This document shows, piece by piece, positions 7,722 to 15,457 of a stretch of DNA of 64,000 nucleotides. Both the position numbers and the translations under genes were made by a program. A model generated the notes under the pieces. It had not been told where the DNA came from and did no database searches. It saw nothing but the letters and a program-made list of their open reading frames with translations. This DNA comes from Candidatus Limnocylindria bacterium (GTDB lineage: Bacteria; Chloroflexota; Limnocylindria; QHBO01): NCBI GenBank assembly GCA_036004845.1, contig DASYRA010000026.1:4477-68476 (forward strand). Reading direction: 5' to 3'. Positions within the stretch are counted from its first letter, which is position 1, and each line of letters begins with the position of its first letter.

Positions 7722-9178
7722 CCGGCCAGCTCCAGCGTTCGATCGGCGAGCGCGGCGGCGAAGGGCAGGTCATGGGTGACGAAGCAGATGGCGGTCCCTT
7801 CGTCGCGCTGCCGCGCCAGCAGGTCGAGCAGCTCGACCGCGGTGCGTCGGTCCTGTCCAAAGGTCGGCTCGTCGAGGATCAGCACCCCGGGCTCACCCAC
7901 CAGGGCTGTGGCGACCGAGAGCCGGCGCTTCTCACCGCCGGAGAGCGTGAACGGATTGGCCTCGGCAAGCGCAGCTAGATGGAGCCGCTCCATCAGCTCC
8001 GCGGCCCGCGCACCGGCCTGGGTGCTCGGCGGTCCCGGCTGTGGCGGTGCCAGGCTGAGCTCCTCACGCACCCTGCCGGTGAGGAACTGGTGCTCGGGAT
8101 CCTGGAAGACCGACCCGATCCGCCGCGCAAGGCGCCTCGCCGGCCAGCGCCAGATCGGCTCGCGCTCGGCACCCGTTACGCGTCCGATGCTCGGACGAAG
8201 GAGGCCGCCCAGGAGGAGCGCGAGGGTCGACTTGCCCGAACCATTCGGCCCCACCACCGCCAGCGCCTCGCCGGAGCGCAGCTCCACGTCCATCGGCCCC
8301 ACCGCCAGCAGCCGTTCACCGGGGAAGCGATAGCCAGCCTGGTCGGCGACCAGCATCGGCTCGCGAGGGGGCCCGGGGCGGGCAGGCGCCCTCGGCAGTG
8401 GGTGGTTCGGCACCCAGATACCGGCCGACGCCAGCTCGTCGCCGAGGCCGGCGAACACCGCGGCGGGCGGCCCGTCAGCGATCACGCCCGCCCCCCCCTG
8501 GAGAACGATCACCCGGTCGACCAGGTCGACCGCCTCGGCCACCCGATGCTCGACAAGCACCATCGTCTTCGTCCCGCCCGCGAGCACCCGGCCGATGGCA
8601 CCCCGCACCAGGGCTGCGCCGCCCGGGTCGAGGTTTGCCGTCGGCTCGTCGAAGAGGAGCAGCCCGGGGTCCAGGGCCAGCGCCGCGGCGAGCGCCAGCC
8701 GCTGCTGCTCTCCACCGGAGAGTGCGTCGGTGGGCCGATCCCGCCCGTACGGGAAGCCAACCATCTCGAGGGCCTGGTTGACGCGCGGCCAGATCTCGCT
8801 CGGGGGGACGCACCGGTTCTCGAGGCCGAACGCGATCTCATCCCCGGCCCGCGCCATCACCAGGCTCGACTCGGGGTCCTGGAAGACGATCCCCATCCGA
8901 TCGCGCGCCGTCCTCGGGTCGAGCCCATCCACCAGCAGCTCCCCCTCCAAGTCGCCGCCCTCGAGCAGGCCGGCCAGCCCGGATAGCAGCGTCGACTTGC
9001 CCGAGCCCGAGGCCCCGAGCAGCATCACACGCTCGCCGGGCTCGATGCGGATATCGACGCCGCGCAGGGCCCACCCGCGGCGCCCGGGGTGCCGCCAGCC
9101 CCAGCCGCGCGCCTCGATGGCCGCCGGCGCGCTCAGTGGCTCAGACCTCCGGCTGCTCGCGCCCCGCCGGGAAGGCAC
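7718..9178 (-). CDS. ykoD: ECF/ABC transporter duplicated ATP-binding protein, YkoD-like
   Basis: 486 aa with two ABC cassettes: Walker A GASGSGKST and GPNGSGKST, signatures LSGGEQQR and LSGGEKRR. Confidence 0.9.
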   Translation of the reverse strand: MPSRRGASSRRSEPLSAPAAIEARGWGWRHPGRRGWALRGVDIRIEPGERVMLLGASGSGKSTLLSGLAGLLEGGDLEGELLVDGLDPRTARDRMGIVFQDPESSLVMARAGDEIAFGLENRCVPPSEIWPRVNQALEMVGFPYGRDRPTDALSGGEQQRLALAAALALDPGLLLFDEPTANLDPGGAALVRGAIGRVLAGGTKTMVLVEHRVAEAVDLVDRVIVLQGGAGVIADGPPAAVFAGLGDELASAGIWVPNHPLPRAPARPGPPREPMLVADQAGYRFPGERLLAVGPMDVELRSGEALAVVGPNGSGKSTLALLLGGLLRPSIGRVTGAEREPIWRWPARRLARRIGSVFQDPEHQFLTGRVREELSLAPPQPGPPSTQAGARAAELMERLHLAALAEANPFTLSGGEKRRLSVATALVGEPGVLILDEPTFGQDRRTAVELLDLLARQRDEGTAICFVTHDLPFAAALADRTLELAG

Positions 9179-9728
9179 CCAGCACTCCGGTCCGGGCGAG
9201 CGCGCGGACCAGGAGCCAGCCCCCCAGGCCGGCGATCAGGGCCGAGCTGACGGCCACGAGCGCCGTGTAGAGCACCATCCAGTCCGTTCCCCACTCGGGG
9301 TAGTAAGCCAGGAGGTCCAGCAGCGCGCCGGCCACGCCCGCGGCGCCGCCCGCCGCCATCGCCGCGACGAGCCCCCACCGCCGGTACAGGCCGAAGGCGA
9401 AGACGAGCTCGGCAGCCGCCCCCTGCGCGAGGCCGTAGACCAGCAGCCACAGCCCCCATGGCGCCCCGAAGAGGATCTCGGCCGAGGCGGCGACCGTCTC
9501 GGCAAGCAGCGCCGCGCCCGGCCTGCGGAGGACGAGCGGGACCAGCACCGCGGGCAGCATCCACGTCCCGTAGATGATCCCGCGGAAGGGCGGAAGCACC
9601 CAGGTCGTCGCCTCCCACAGCACGTTCCAGGCCTGGAAGACCGCGCCGAAGGCGACGGCCAGCACGGCAGCCGTGACGATGTCGACGGTCCGCCATCGCC
9701 CGGAGAGGGTGTCACTCGTGGTCGTCAT
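9141..9728 (-). CDS. ykoE: ECF transporter substrate-specific (S) component, YkoE-like (thiamine-precursor type by context)
   Basis: 195-aa six-TM-like protein between thiamine pyrophosphokinase and the duplicated ATPase, under a TPP riboswitch. Sizes and order match the Bacillus ykoEDC arrangement as I recall it. Confidence 0.7.
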   Translation of the reverse strand: MTTTSDTLSGRWRTVDIVTAAVLAVAFGAVFQAWNVLWEATTWVLPPFRGIIYGTWMLPAVLVPLVLRRPGAALLAETVAASAEILFGAPWGLWLLVYGLAQGAAAELVFAFGLYRRWGLVAAMAAGGAAGVAGALLDLLAYYPEWGTDWMVLYTALVAVSSALIAGLGGWLLVRALARTGVLGAFPAGREQPEV

Positions 9729-10375
9729 GTGCCCGGCTCCTTTCGCGTCTCGATGACCAGCAGCGTCCCGCGCGCGAGCGATACCGATGCGGGTGGGTGC
9801 TCGACCTGGTTGGAGAGGCCGCGCGAACGACCCAGCTGCAGCGGCTCCCCGTCGAGCGGGAAGCGCAGTCCGCGGGTCTCCACCCCCATCGCATCGCCAT
9901 CGATGGGGAGCAGGGTCACGAGGTCGCCCTCGTCCCCGGACAGTTCAATCGTTTCGCCGCCGTTCACGGATCGCACGGTCGTGCCGCCTCGCACGATTCG
10001 CAGACGGTGGCCGAGCCAATCCCGCCCAACCAGGAGCAGCAGGTTCGCGAGCTCGTGGTCGAGCCGCCGCCCGCCGAGGGCGCCCAGCAGGACGACATCG
10101 TCCGCGCCGGCGGCGACGGCACGCGCCAGCGCCAGCTCGAGGTCCGACGCGTCCTTCTCGACGGGATGGCGCTCGATCCCCACGCCCGCACCGGCGAGGC
10201 GGTCGAGCAGGATCGGATCGACCGAGTCCAGGTCGCCGATCACCAGGTCGGGGACGGCCCCGCTGGCATCCAGCCACCGCGCGCCCGAGTCGGCGGCGAT
10301 GAGCAGGTCGGCGCCAAACAGCTGGGCAGTGTCTTCGGGAACGGCGTCGCCGCCGGCGACCACGATTGCCTTCAT
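9725..10375 (-). CDS. thiN: thiamine pyrophosphokinase
   Basis: 216 aa. N-terminal AIVVAGGD, then ADSGA and GDLDS motifs, and a C-terminal thiamine-binding beta domain. First gene after the TPP riboswitch. Confidence 0.85.
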   Translation of the reverse strand: MKAIVVAGGDAVPEDTAQLFGADLLIAADSGARWLDASGAVPDLVIGDLDSVDPILLDRLAGAGVGIERHPVEKDASDLELALARAVAAGADDVVLLGALGGRRLDHELANLLLLVGRDWLGHRLRIVRGGTTVRSVNGGETIELSGDEGDLVTLLPIDGDAMGVETRGLRFPLDGEPLQLGRSRGLSNQVEHPPASVSLARGTLLVIETRKEPGT

Positions 10376-10378
10376 GTT

Positions 10379-10462
10379 CGACTTCCTTCGCTGGCATGAC
10401 CCAGATCAGGTTCGAGGGTCTGCGGCCTTCCGCACTCTCAGCGCTTGCGCGCTCCCCTGTCG
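10379..10462 (-). promoter_or_regulatory. TPP (THI-box) riboswitch
   Basis: Minus strand: CGACAGGGGAGCGCGCAAGCGCUGAGAGUGCGGAAGGCCGCAGACCCUCGAACCUGAUCUGGGUCAUGCCAGCGAAGGAAGUCG. This matches the conserved GGGG..CUGAGA..ACCCU..GAACCUGAUCUGG.U.AUGCCAGCG.AGGGAA core. The P1 3' strand ends 3 nt before the thiN ATG and contains the SD-like AGGAAG. Confidence 0.88.
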
Positions 10463-10482
10463 CTCTTGGGGATGTCCCGACG

Positions 10483-10491
10483 AGGGTAGCA
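10483..10491 (-). promoter_or_regulatory. candidate extended -10 promoter (TGCTACCCT) driving the riboswitch/thiN operon
   Basis: Minus strand cgTGCTACCCTcgtcggg lies about 20 nt upstream of the riboswitch P1. Confidence 0.45.
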
Positions 10492-10507
10492 CGCACGCGA
10501 TCCTGCG

Positions 10508-10536
10508 TTGACCCGAGAGGCAGTCGCGGGTACGGT
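10508..10536 (+). promoter_or_regulatory. candidate sigma70-type promoter TTGACC-17 nt-TACGGT for the FAD oxidase gene
   Basis: TTGACC at 10508-10513 and TACGGT at 10531-10536 with an exact 17-nt spacer. This argues against the TTG 10508 start used by the track. Confidence 0.45.
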
Positions 10537-10570
10537 CACCGCATCAGCCAGCAGCGAGGGACGCCGGGGA

Positions 10571-11986
10571 ATGAGCGCGCCAACCATCAACCAGGCGGTC
10601 GCGGCGGCGTCGGTCCAGGAGCTGCGTGACGACCTGCGCGGGACGGTCATCGCGCCAGGCGAACCGGAGTACGACGCCGCACGGCAACCGTGGAATGCGA
10701 TGGTCGACAAGCACCCGATGCTCATCGCGCACTGCGCCGATGCGGGCGATGTCGCCACCGCGATCGCCTTCGCCCGGCGCCACGGGCTGGAGATCGGGGT
10801 CAAGGGCGGTGGCCACAGCATCGTGGGGCAGGCCGTTCCGGACGGCGGGCTCATGATCGACCTTTCGCCGATGGGCTCGGTCCGCGTCGATCCCGAGCAG
10901 CGGCTCGCGTACGTCGGCGGAGGTGCGCTGCTGGGTGACCTCGACCGCGCGACCGAGCCGTACGGTCTCGCCACGACCGCTGGAAACGTCTCGCACACCG
11001 GCGTCGGCGGGCTCACCCTCGGCGGCGGGATGGGATGGCTGGCGCGTCAGTTGGGACTTGCGTGCGACAACGTCACGGCCTTCGAGGTGGTCATCGCCGA
11101 CGGCTCACGGCTGATCGCCTCCGCGGACGAGAACGCGGAACTGTACTGGGGGCTGCGTGGCGGCGGCGGGAACTTTGGCGTCGTCACCCAGTTCACCTTC
11201 CGGCTGCATCCGATCGGCGGGCAGGTCCTCTCGGTCGACTTCTTCTACCGGCCTGAGGCCGGGCCGGCGGTGCTGAAGGCCCTGCGCGACTTCGCCCGCT
11301 CCGCGCCGCCGCAGGCGAACCCGACCGGCTGGATCGGGACCGCGGCCGAGTGGCCCTTCCTCGCACCCGAGCTCCACGGAGCGTCGCTCGTCAATGCGGG
11401 CTACGTGTGGATCGGCGATCCGGAGGAGGGCCGTTCGCTGCTTCGGCGCTTCCGCGACGTGGCGCCGCCGCTGGCGGAGGTCGCCAAGGCGTCCACCTAC
11501 GTTCAGTTGCAGGCCTCGGCCGATGAACCGATGCGCCCGGGGATGCGGCGCTACTGGAAGGACTGCTACGTTCGCGAGATGACGGATGAGGCCATCGAGG
11601 CGATCCTGGCTCGGGGCGGGCCGGCCGGAGACGGTGAGATCCAGGCGAACGGCTCGCTGCTGGGGATGGGTGGCGCGATCACCCAGGTCGGAGCCGGCGA
11701 ATCGGCCTTCAGCCTTCGGGATGCGGCCTTCGAGTTCATCACCAGCGCCGGCTGGGAGGATCCCGCCGAGGACGAGATGCGGATGGCGGCGTGCCGGCGC
11801 TACGCTGCGGCCCTCGAGCCGTTCTCGAGCGGGACGTACGTGAATGCACTGTCGGACGAGGGTGAAGCCGGCGTTCGCCGCGCGTATCCGCCCGAGACGC
11901 TGGCGAGGCTGACCGCCCTGAAGGACCGCTACGACCCGGACAACGTCTTCCACCTGAACCACAACATCCGGCCGTCGCGGCGATAG
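10571..11986 (+). CDS. FAD-linked oxidase (FAD_binding_4 plus BBE-like C-terminal domain)
   Basis: VKGGGHSIVG FAD-binding motif and C-terminal YDPDNVFHLNHNI (BBE domain end). Start moved to ATG 10571 because the track start lies inside the predicted promoter. Confidence 0.85.
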   Translation: MSAPTINQAVAAASVQELRDDLRGTVIAPGEPEYDAARQPWNAMVDKHPMLIAHCADAGDVATAIAFARRHGLEIGVKGGGHSIVGQAVPDGGLMIDLSPMGSVRVDPEQRLAYVGGGALLGDLDRATEPYGLATTAGNVSHTGVGGLTLGGGMGWLARQLGLACDNVTAFEVVIADGSRLIASADENAELYWGLRGGGGNFGVVTQFTFRLHPIGGQVLSVDFFYRPEAGPAVLKALRDFARSAPPQANPTGWIGTAAEWPFLAPELHGASLVNAGYVWIGDPEEGRSLLRRFRDVAPPLAEVAKASTYVQLQASADEPMRPGMRRYWKDCYVREMTDEAIEAILARGGPAGDGEIQANGSLLGMGGAITQVGAGESAFSLRDAAFEFITSAGWEDPAEDEMRMAACRRYAAALEPFSSGTYVNALSDEGEAGVRRAYPPETLARLTALKDRYDPDNVFHLNHNIRPSRR

Positions 11987-11991
11987 AAGCC

Positions 11992-12420
11992 TCAGGGCCG
12001 ATCGAGCCTGATCTCGATCGCCAGGCGGCCGTCGGGTGTGGCACGCGCCACCATCTGCCAGATCTCCCCGTCGGGCGCGCCAAAGCGGATGAGGGCGACC
12101 TCACCGCCGGGGTAGAGACCGACGATCCGATACCCGGCCGCGGGCAGCGCCGCGGCGTAGAAGTCGTAGGCCGCTGACCCGACCTGGTCGCTCTGCCAGA
12201 GCGCGATGAGGCCGGGATCGTCGTCCGGCATCGGCAAGGGCACCGCGCCGGGGAGGATCGGGAAGCCCGCGGGCAGCGGTCTGCGCTGGACGAGCCACGC
12301 GGACACCCCGGTGGAGGCCGACGGCCCGTGGACGGCCTCGGATGCGCCGGGGGACGGCGAGCCCGTCCCCACCGAGCATCCCTCGAATGCGAGCACGAGC
12401 AGGAGGAGCCGGATTCTCAC
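11992..12420 (-). CDS. hypothetical secreted/lipoprotein-like protein (142 aa)
   Basis: GTG at 12420 overlaps the M23 peptidase stop (GTGA). Begins VRIRLLLLVLAFEGCS (signal-like with Cys). The rest of track ORF 11992..12756 overlaps the M23 gene in another frame. Confidence 0.5.
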   Translation of the reverse strand: MRIRLLLLVLAFEGCSVGTGSPSPGASEAVHGPSASTGVSAWLVQRRPLPAGFPILPGAVPLPMPDDDPGLIALWQSDQVGSAAYDFYAAALPAAGYRIVGLYPGGEVALIRFGAPDGEIWQMVARATPDGRLAIEIRLDRP

Positions 12421-13427
12421 TGCGCCACCACGACAATCGGGACGTAGTAGCCGCCCAGCCTGCCCCAATCGAACCAGTGGAGGCCGTATGCCTGCAGGTC
12501 GAAGGCCTCCGTGTAGCTTCCCGGTGCCGGTGATGCACGCAGCTCGAAGGTGAAGCGGCCGACTCCATCGGGCGGAATGGAGCTGGTCCCATCCAAGAAC
12601 TTCGCTAGCCAGCTCAGCGGCCACGAGGAGCTCTTGAAGAGCGAGGCGTGCGCCGGCGGGTTCCACGTGCCGAGCGCTGTCCGCCCCACGTTTCCGCTGC
12701 TGCGCCAGGTGCGGCCGCCGGTGTTGCGAAACTCGACCCAGTGCCCGATCGTCCACCCTTGCGGAATCCGCTCAGTGCCGGCGTTGCTCTCGCGCACGTA
12801 CGCGGCATCAAAGGGGACGCGCCCCGGCCACGTCGTCCAGCGACGTTCCGCCAGGGGGTCCACCGGCTTGTAGGTCTTTGCGGTGGAGCTCCAGGCCAGC
12901 ATCTCGAAGTGCAGGTGGGCGCCGTAGCAGAGGCCGCTGCATCCCGACCGCCCGATCCGCTGACCGGCGAGCACGGTCGCCCCCACGCCAACCAGGATGC
13001 CGCCATCCGCCGAGCTGGCAAGGTGGTAGTAGAGCGTCTGCCGGCCGTCGGCATGCTGGAGCTTCACGAAGTTCCCGAACGAGCCGAACTGTGTCGTGCC
13101 GTACCCGCCTTCGACATCCACCACCGTCCCGTCCTTGGCGGCGGCGACCTCGCTGCGCAGGCTCATCGGGTAGTCGGTCCCGGTGTGCTGGTCGTAGACC
13201 CGGCCGTAGTGCGCCACGCCGTCGTTCCACACCTGGCCGGTCCAGTCAAGCTGGCGATTCAGCGTGCGATCGCGATCAACCCCATAGCTCATCGTCACGG
13301 TCGGGTTGTAGAAGGGCAGGGTGTAGTCGTCGACTCCCAGCACGGTGCCGCAGCTGATTGCGATGGCGGCCAGCTGAAGACAGGCGGCCGTGGCCACTCT
13401 GCATCGCCTGTGGCTCATGACCCGCAC
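12417..13427 (-). CDS. M23 family metallopeptidase with C-terminal Ig/NBR1-like domain
   Basis: HTGTDY and HLHFE zinc motifs of peptidase M23, with an N-terminal signal-like segment. Confidence 0.85.
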   Translation of the reverse strand: MRVMSHRRCRVATAACLQLAAIAISCGTVLGVDDYTLPFYNPTVTMSYGVDRDRTLNRQLDWTGQVWNDGVAHYGRVYDQHTGTDYPMSLRSEVAAAKDGTVVDVEGGYGTTQFGSFGNFVKLQHADGRQTLYYHLASSADGGILVGVGATVLAGQRIGRSGCSGLCYGAHLHFEMLAWSSTAKTYKPVDPLAERRWTTWPGRVPFDAAYVRESNAGTERIPQGWTIGHWVEFRNTGGRTWRSSGNVGRTALGTWNPPAHASLFKSSSWPLSWLAKFLDGTSSIPPDGVGRFTFELRASPAPGSYTEAFDLQAYGLHWFDWGRLGGYYVPIVVVAQ

Positions 13428-14419
13428 CCCGCCGAGCCCGCGAACCCGGCCAGCTCATCGATGACGGCCAGCACCGATCCGTCAGGGGTCAGCGCAATGT
13501 GCTGGTCCCCGCGTCGAAGGAGCAGCGACGATCCGTCTGGAGCGAAGCATGGCCCGGAACCGATCCCGACGCTGTGCGGGGTTGAGGCCGCGGCATCGAG
13601 CACGAAGATGCCGTGGTCGCCGTACTCGTAGGCGATGCGGCCGTCGCCCGCCACGGCAACGTTCACGGCACCCGGGTCGAGGTGGGCCAGCACCCGCGCG
13701 GCACCCGAGGTGAGCCGCTCGACCCGGGCCCCGCTCGGATCGTGGACGACGATGGCGAGGTCGCCGTCGTCGAGTGGGAAGGCGGCGTAGACGAGGTCCT
13801 CCTCCGAGAGCGCGGCCGCGACCCCGTTCGTCGGATCGAACTCAACGAGGCGCGACTGATACGGCGCCTGGACGGATGGGACCGCCAGCAGGATCAGGGA
13901 ACCGTCGGCGGCCACGATCGGCGAGCCGACAAACGGACCGTCGTCCAGGAGCTCTGCACGGCCCGACCCGGCATCGACTCGCCAGAGGGCGCCGCGGCCG
14001 TCGGTGACGGCCAGCCATGACGCGTCCGTGGCAAACGCCGCGGCCAACAGGCCGGGAAGCTGCACCCGCAGCTGGGCGCCATCGGCGCCGGCCAGCGTGA
14101 GCGAACCGGCGAGCTCGCCGACTCGATCTGCGAGGGCCACCTCGGCGCCGTCCGGTGAAACCGCCAGCAGGCTCTGGCCGGCGGCTGGTTGCTCCACCTC
14201 GACCAGGGTTGAGCCACCCACGGCGTGTTGGAGCAGCAAGATGGTCGCCCCCGACCGCTCGGCATCTGCAGCGCTCAGGCGGGTGACCCCCGGCACCTGC
14301 CCGGCGGACACCACCCCCGCAGCCAGGGCGGCGAGGACGATGGGAATGGCGGCGAAGGCGGCGATGCGAGGATCGCCGCGCGGCTGGCGGCGCGCGATGA
14401 CGCCCTGGGACCAGGACAT
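13415..14419 (-). CDS. membrane-anchored beta-propeller repeat protein (TolB/PD40-like), hypothetical
   Basis: N-terminal TM segment (IAAFAAIPIVLAALAAGVV) followed by repeated SPDG/APDG/AADG-type blade motifs. 13-nt overlap with the M23 gene. Confidence 0.55.
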   Translation of the reverse strand: MSWSQGVIARRQPRGDPRIAAFAAIPIVLAALAAGVVSAGQVPGVTRLSAADAERSGATILLLQHAVGGSTLVEVEQPAAGQSLLAVSPDGAEVALADRVGELAGSLTLAGADGAQLRVQLPGLLAAAFATDASWLAVTDGRGALWRVDAGSGRAELLDDGPFVGSPIVAADGSLILLAVPSVQAPYQSRLVEFDPTNGVAAALSEEDLVYAAFPLDDGDLAIVVHDPSGARVERLTSGAARVLAHLDPGAVNVAVAGDGRIAYEYGDHGIFVLDAAASTPHSVGIGSGPCFAPDGSSLLLRRGDQHIALTPDGSVLAVIDELAGFAGSAGCGS

Positions 14420-14421
14420 GG

Positions 14422-14498
14422 AGACCTCCGTAGCGTTGAGAACGACCGCTGAAACAAACGCTTCGGTGGCGACAGACCTCCATTCGTGGGAGAACGAC
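14422..14498. repeat. duplicated 25-nt module AGACCTCC-N8-GAGAACGAC (period 52 nt) in the leader of the propeller/M23 operon
   Basis: AGACCTCC at 14422 and 14474; GAGAACGAC at 14438 and 14490, with identical internal spacing. On the minus strand the proximal copy supplies the GGAGGTCT Shine-Dalgarno of the 14419 start. Confidence 0.6.
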
Positions 14499-14557
14499 GA
14501 TGACGAGCCTAGGAAGCGGTCCTTACCGCAGACTTATGGGGCAATGAACCGCGCCAG

Positions 14558-15319
14558 ATGCCCCCGTCGCTGATGCTTCCCGCCTGGCTGGCGCTGGGTG
14601 GGTTCCTGCTCCTGGCAGGTGGGCTGCTCCTCATGCGTCGCTCCGGGGCGCGCCCGACGATGGGCAGGCGGCTGGCCGGAGCCCGCCAGCTGCGCGTTGG
14701 AGAGCTGCTCGATCTCGCTCCAGGCGATCTGCTGCCCCATCGACCCGTGCGCGTGGTCGGTCGCATTCGCTGTGGCGAACCGATCGTCACCCCGCAGGAC
14801 GACGGGCTCGTCGCTCTCCATCGGGACGTGGAGGTGGAAACCTCGCATGGCGAATGGAGAAGCATCGAGCGCCTGCGAGAGACCCGCTCCTTCGAGCTGT
14901 GGGACCACGACGGGTCCCTGGAGGTCGATCCCGCGCAGGCGGCCGAGCCGCTCGTCGTGCTGCCGCACGTCTGGTCGGGCTCGGTGACGGAGCTTGACGA
15001 GTCCTACGCGCCTGCGCTGGCGCGACTCACCGCTGAGCAGGGGCCCGCGATGCAGGCCCGGGCGATCACCCGCATGGTCAGCGTGGTCGATCGGCTGCTG
15101 CTGCTGGCGACGATCAGGCGCAAGGCAGACGGTCGGATTGCCCTGCTTCCGCCTCCTGGCGGATTCATCGTCAGCACGCTCGACCTCGACGACGCGATGC
15201 GGCTCCTGGGCGGCTCGCGCCCGCGATTGATGCTGGCCGCCACGGCAGCCCTTGTCCTGTCGGTTGCCGTGCTGGTCGCGGCGGCCGTGCTGCTGGTTTT
15301 CGGGCTCAGCGCCGCCTGA
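14558..15319 (+). CDS. membrane protein with GIDE-like domain (N- and C-terminal TM helices)
   Basis: TM at both ends. The central VRVVGRIRCGEPIVTPQDDGLVALHRDVEV ... FELWDHDGSLEVDP pattern resembles bacterial GIDE-domain proteins (from memory). Confidence 0.5.
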   Translation: MPPSLMLPAWLALGGFLLLAGGLLLMRRSGARPTMGRRLAGARQLRVGELLDLAPGDLLPHRPVRVVGRIRCGEPIVTPQDDGLVALHRDVEVETSHGEWRSIERLRETRSFELWDHDGSLEVDPAQAAEPLVVLPHVWSGSVTELDESYAPALARLTAEQGPAMQARAITRMVSVVDRLLLLATIRRKADGRIALLPPPGGFIVSTLDLDDAMRLLGGSRPRLMLAATAALVLSVAVLVAAAVLLVFGLSAA

Positions 15320-15393
15320 TCGAGGGTCGGCGCCCAGCGAGTACTGGTGCCCCGGGGTACGAACGGGGTATCGAGGCGGCGCCTACCCAGTTC

Positions 15394-15399
15394 TACCAT
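15394..15399 (+). promoter_or_regulatory. candidate -10 element (TACCAT) for the GGDEF operon
   Basis: gttcTACCATccgc lies 58 nt upstream of GTG 15458. Preceded by the tandem CGGGGTA repeats at 15353-15370. Confidence 0.35.
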
Positions 15400-15457
15400 C
15401 CGCTCCACGGGACTTACCAGAAGTTCCAATGCCCAAGAGGGGCAGGAGCGGACAGCA

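Noticed and set aside
6213-10511. Plus-strand ORFs of 706 aa (6213..8333) and 638 aa (8595..10511), antisense to the hydrolase/ECF/thiN genes.
   Set aside because: Same artefact: Arg/Pro/Gly-rich with no recognisable domains, and antisense to well-supported genes.
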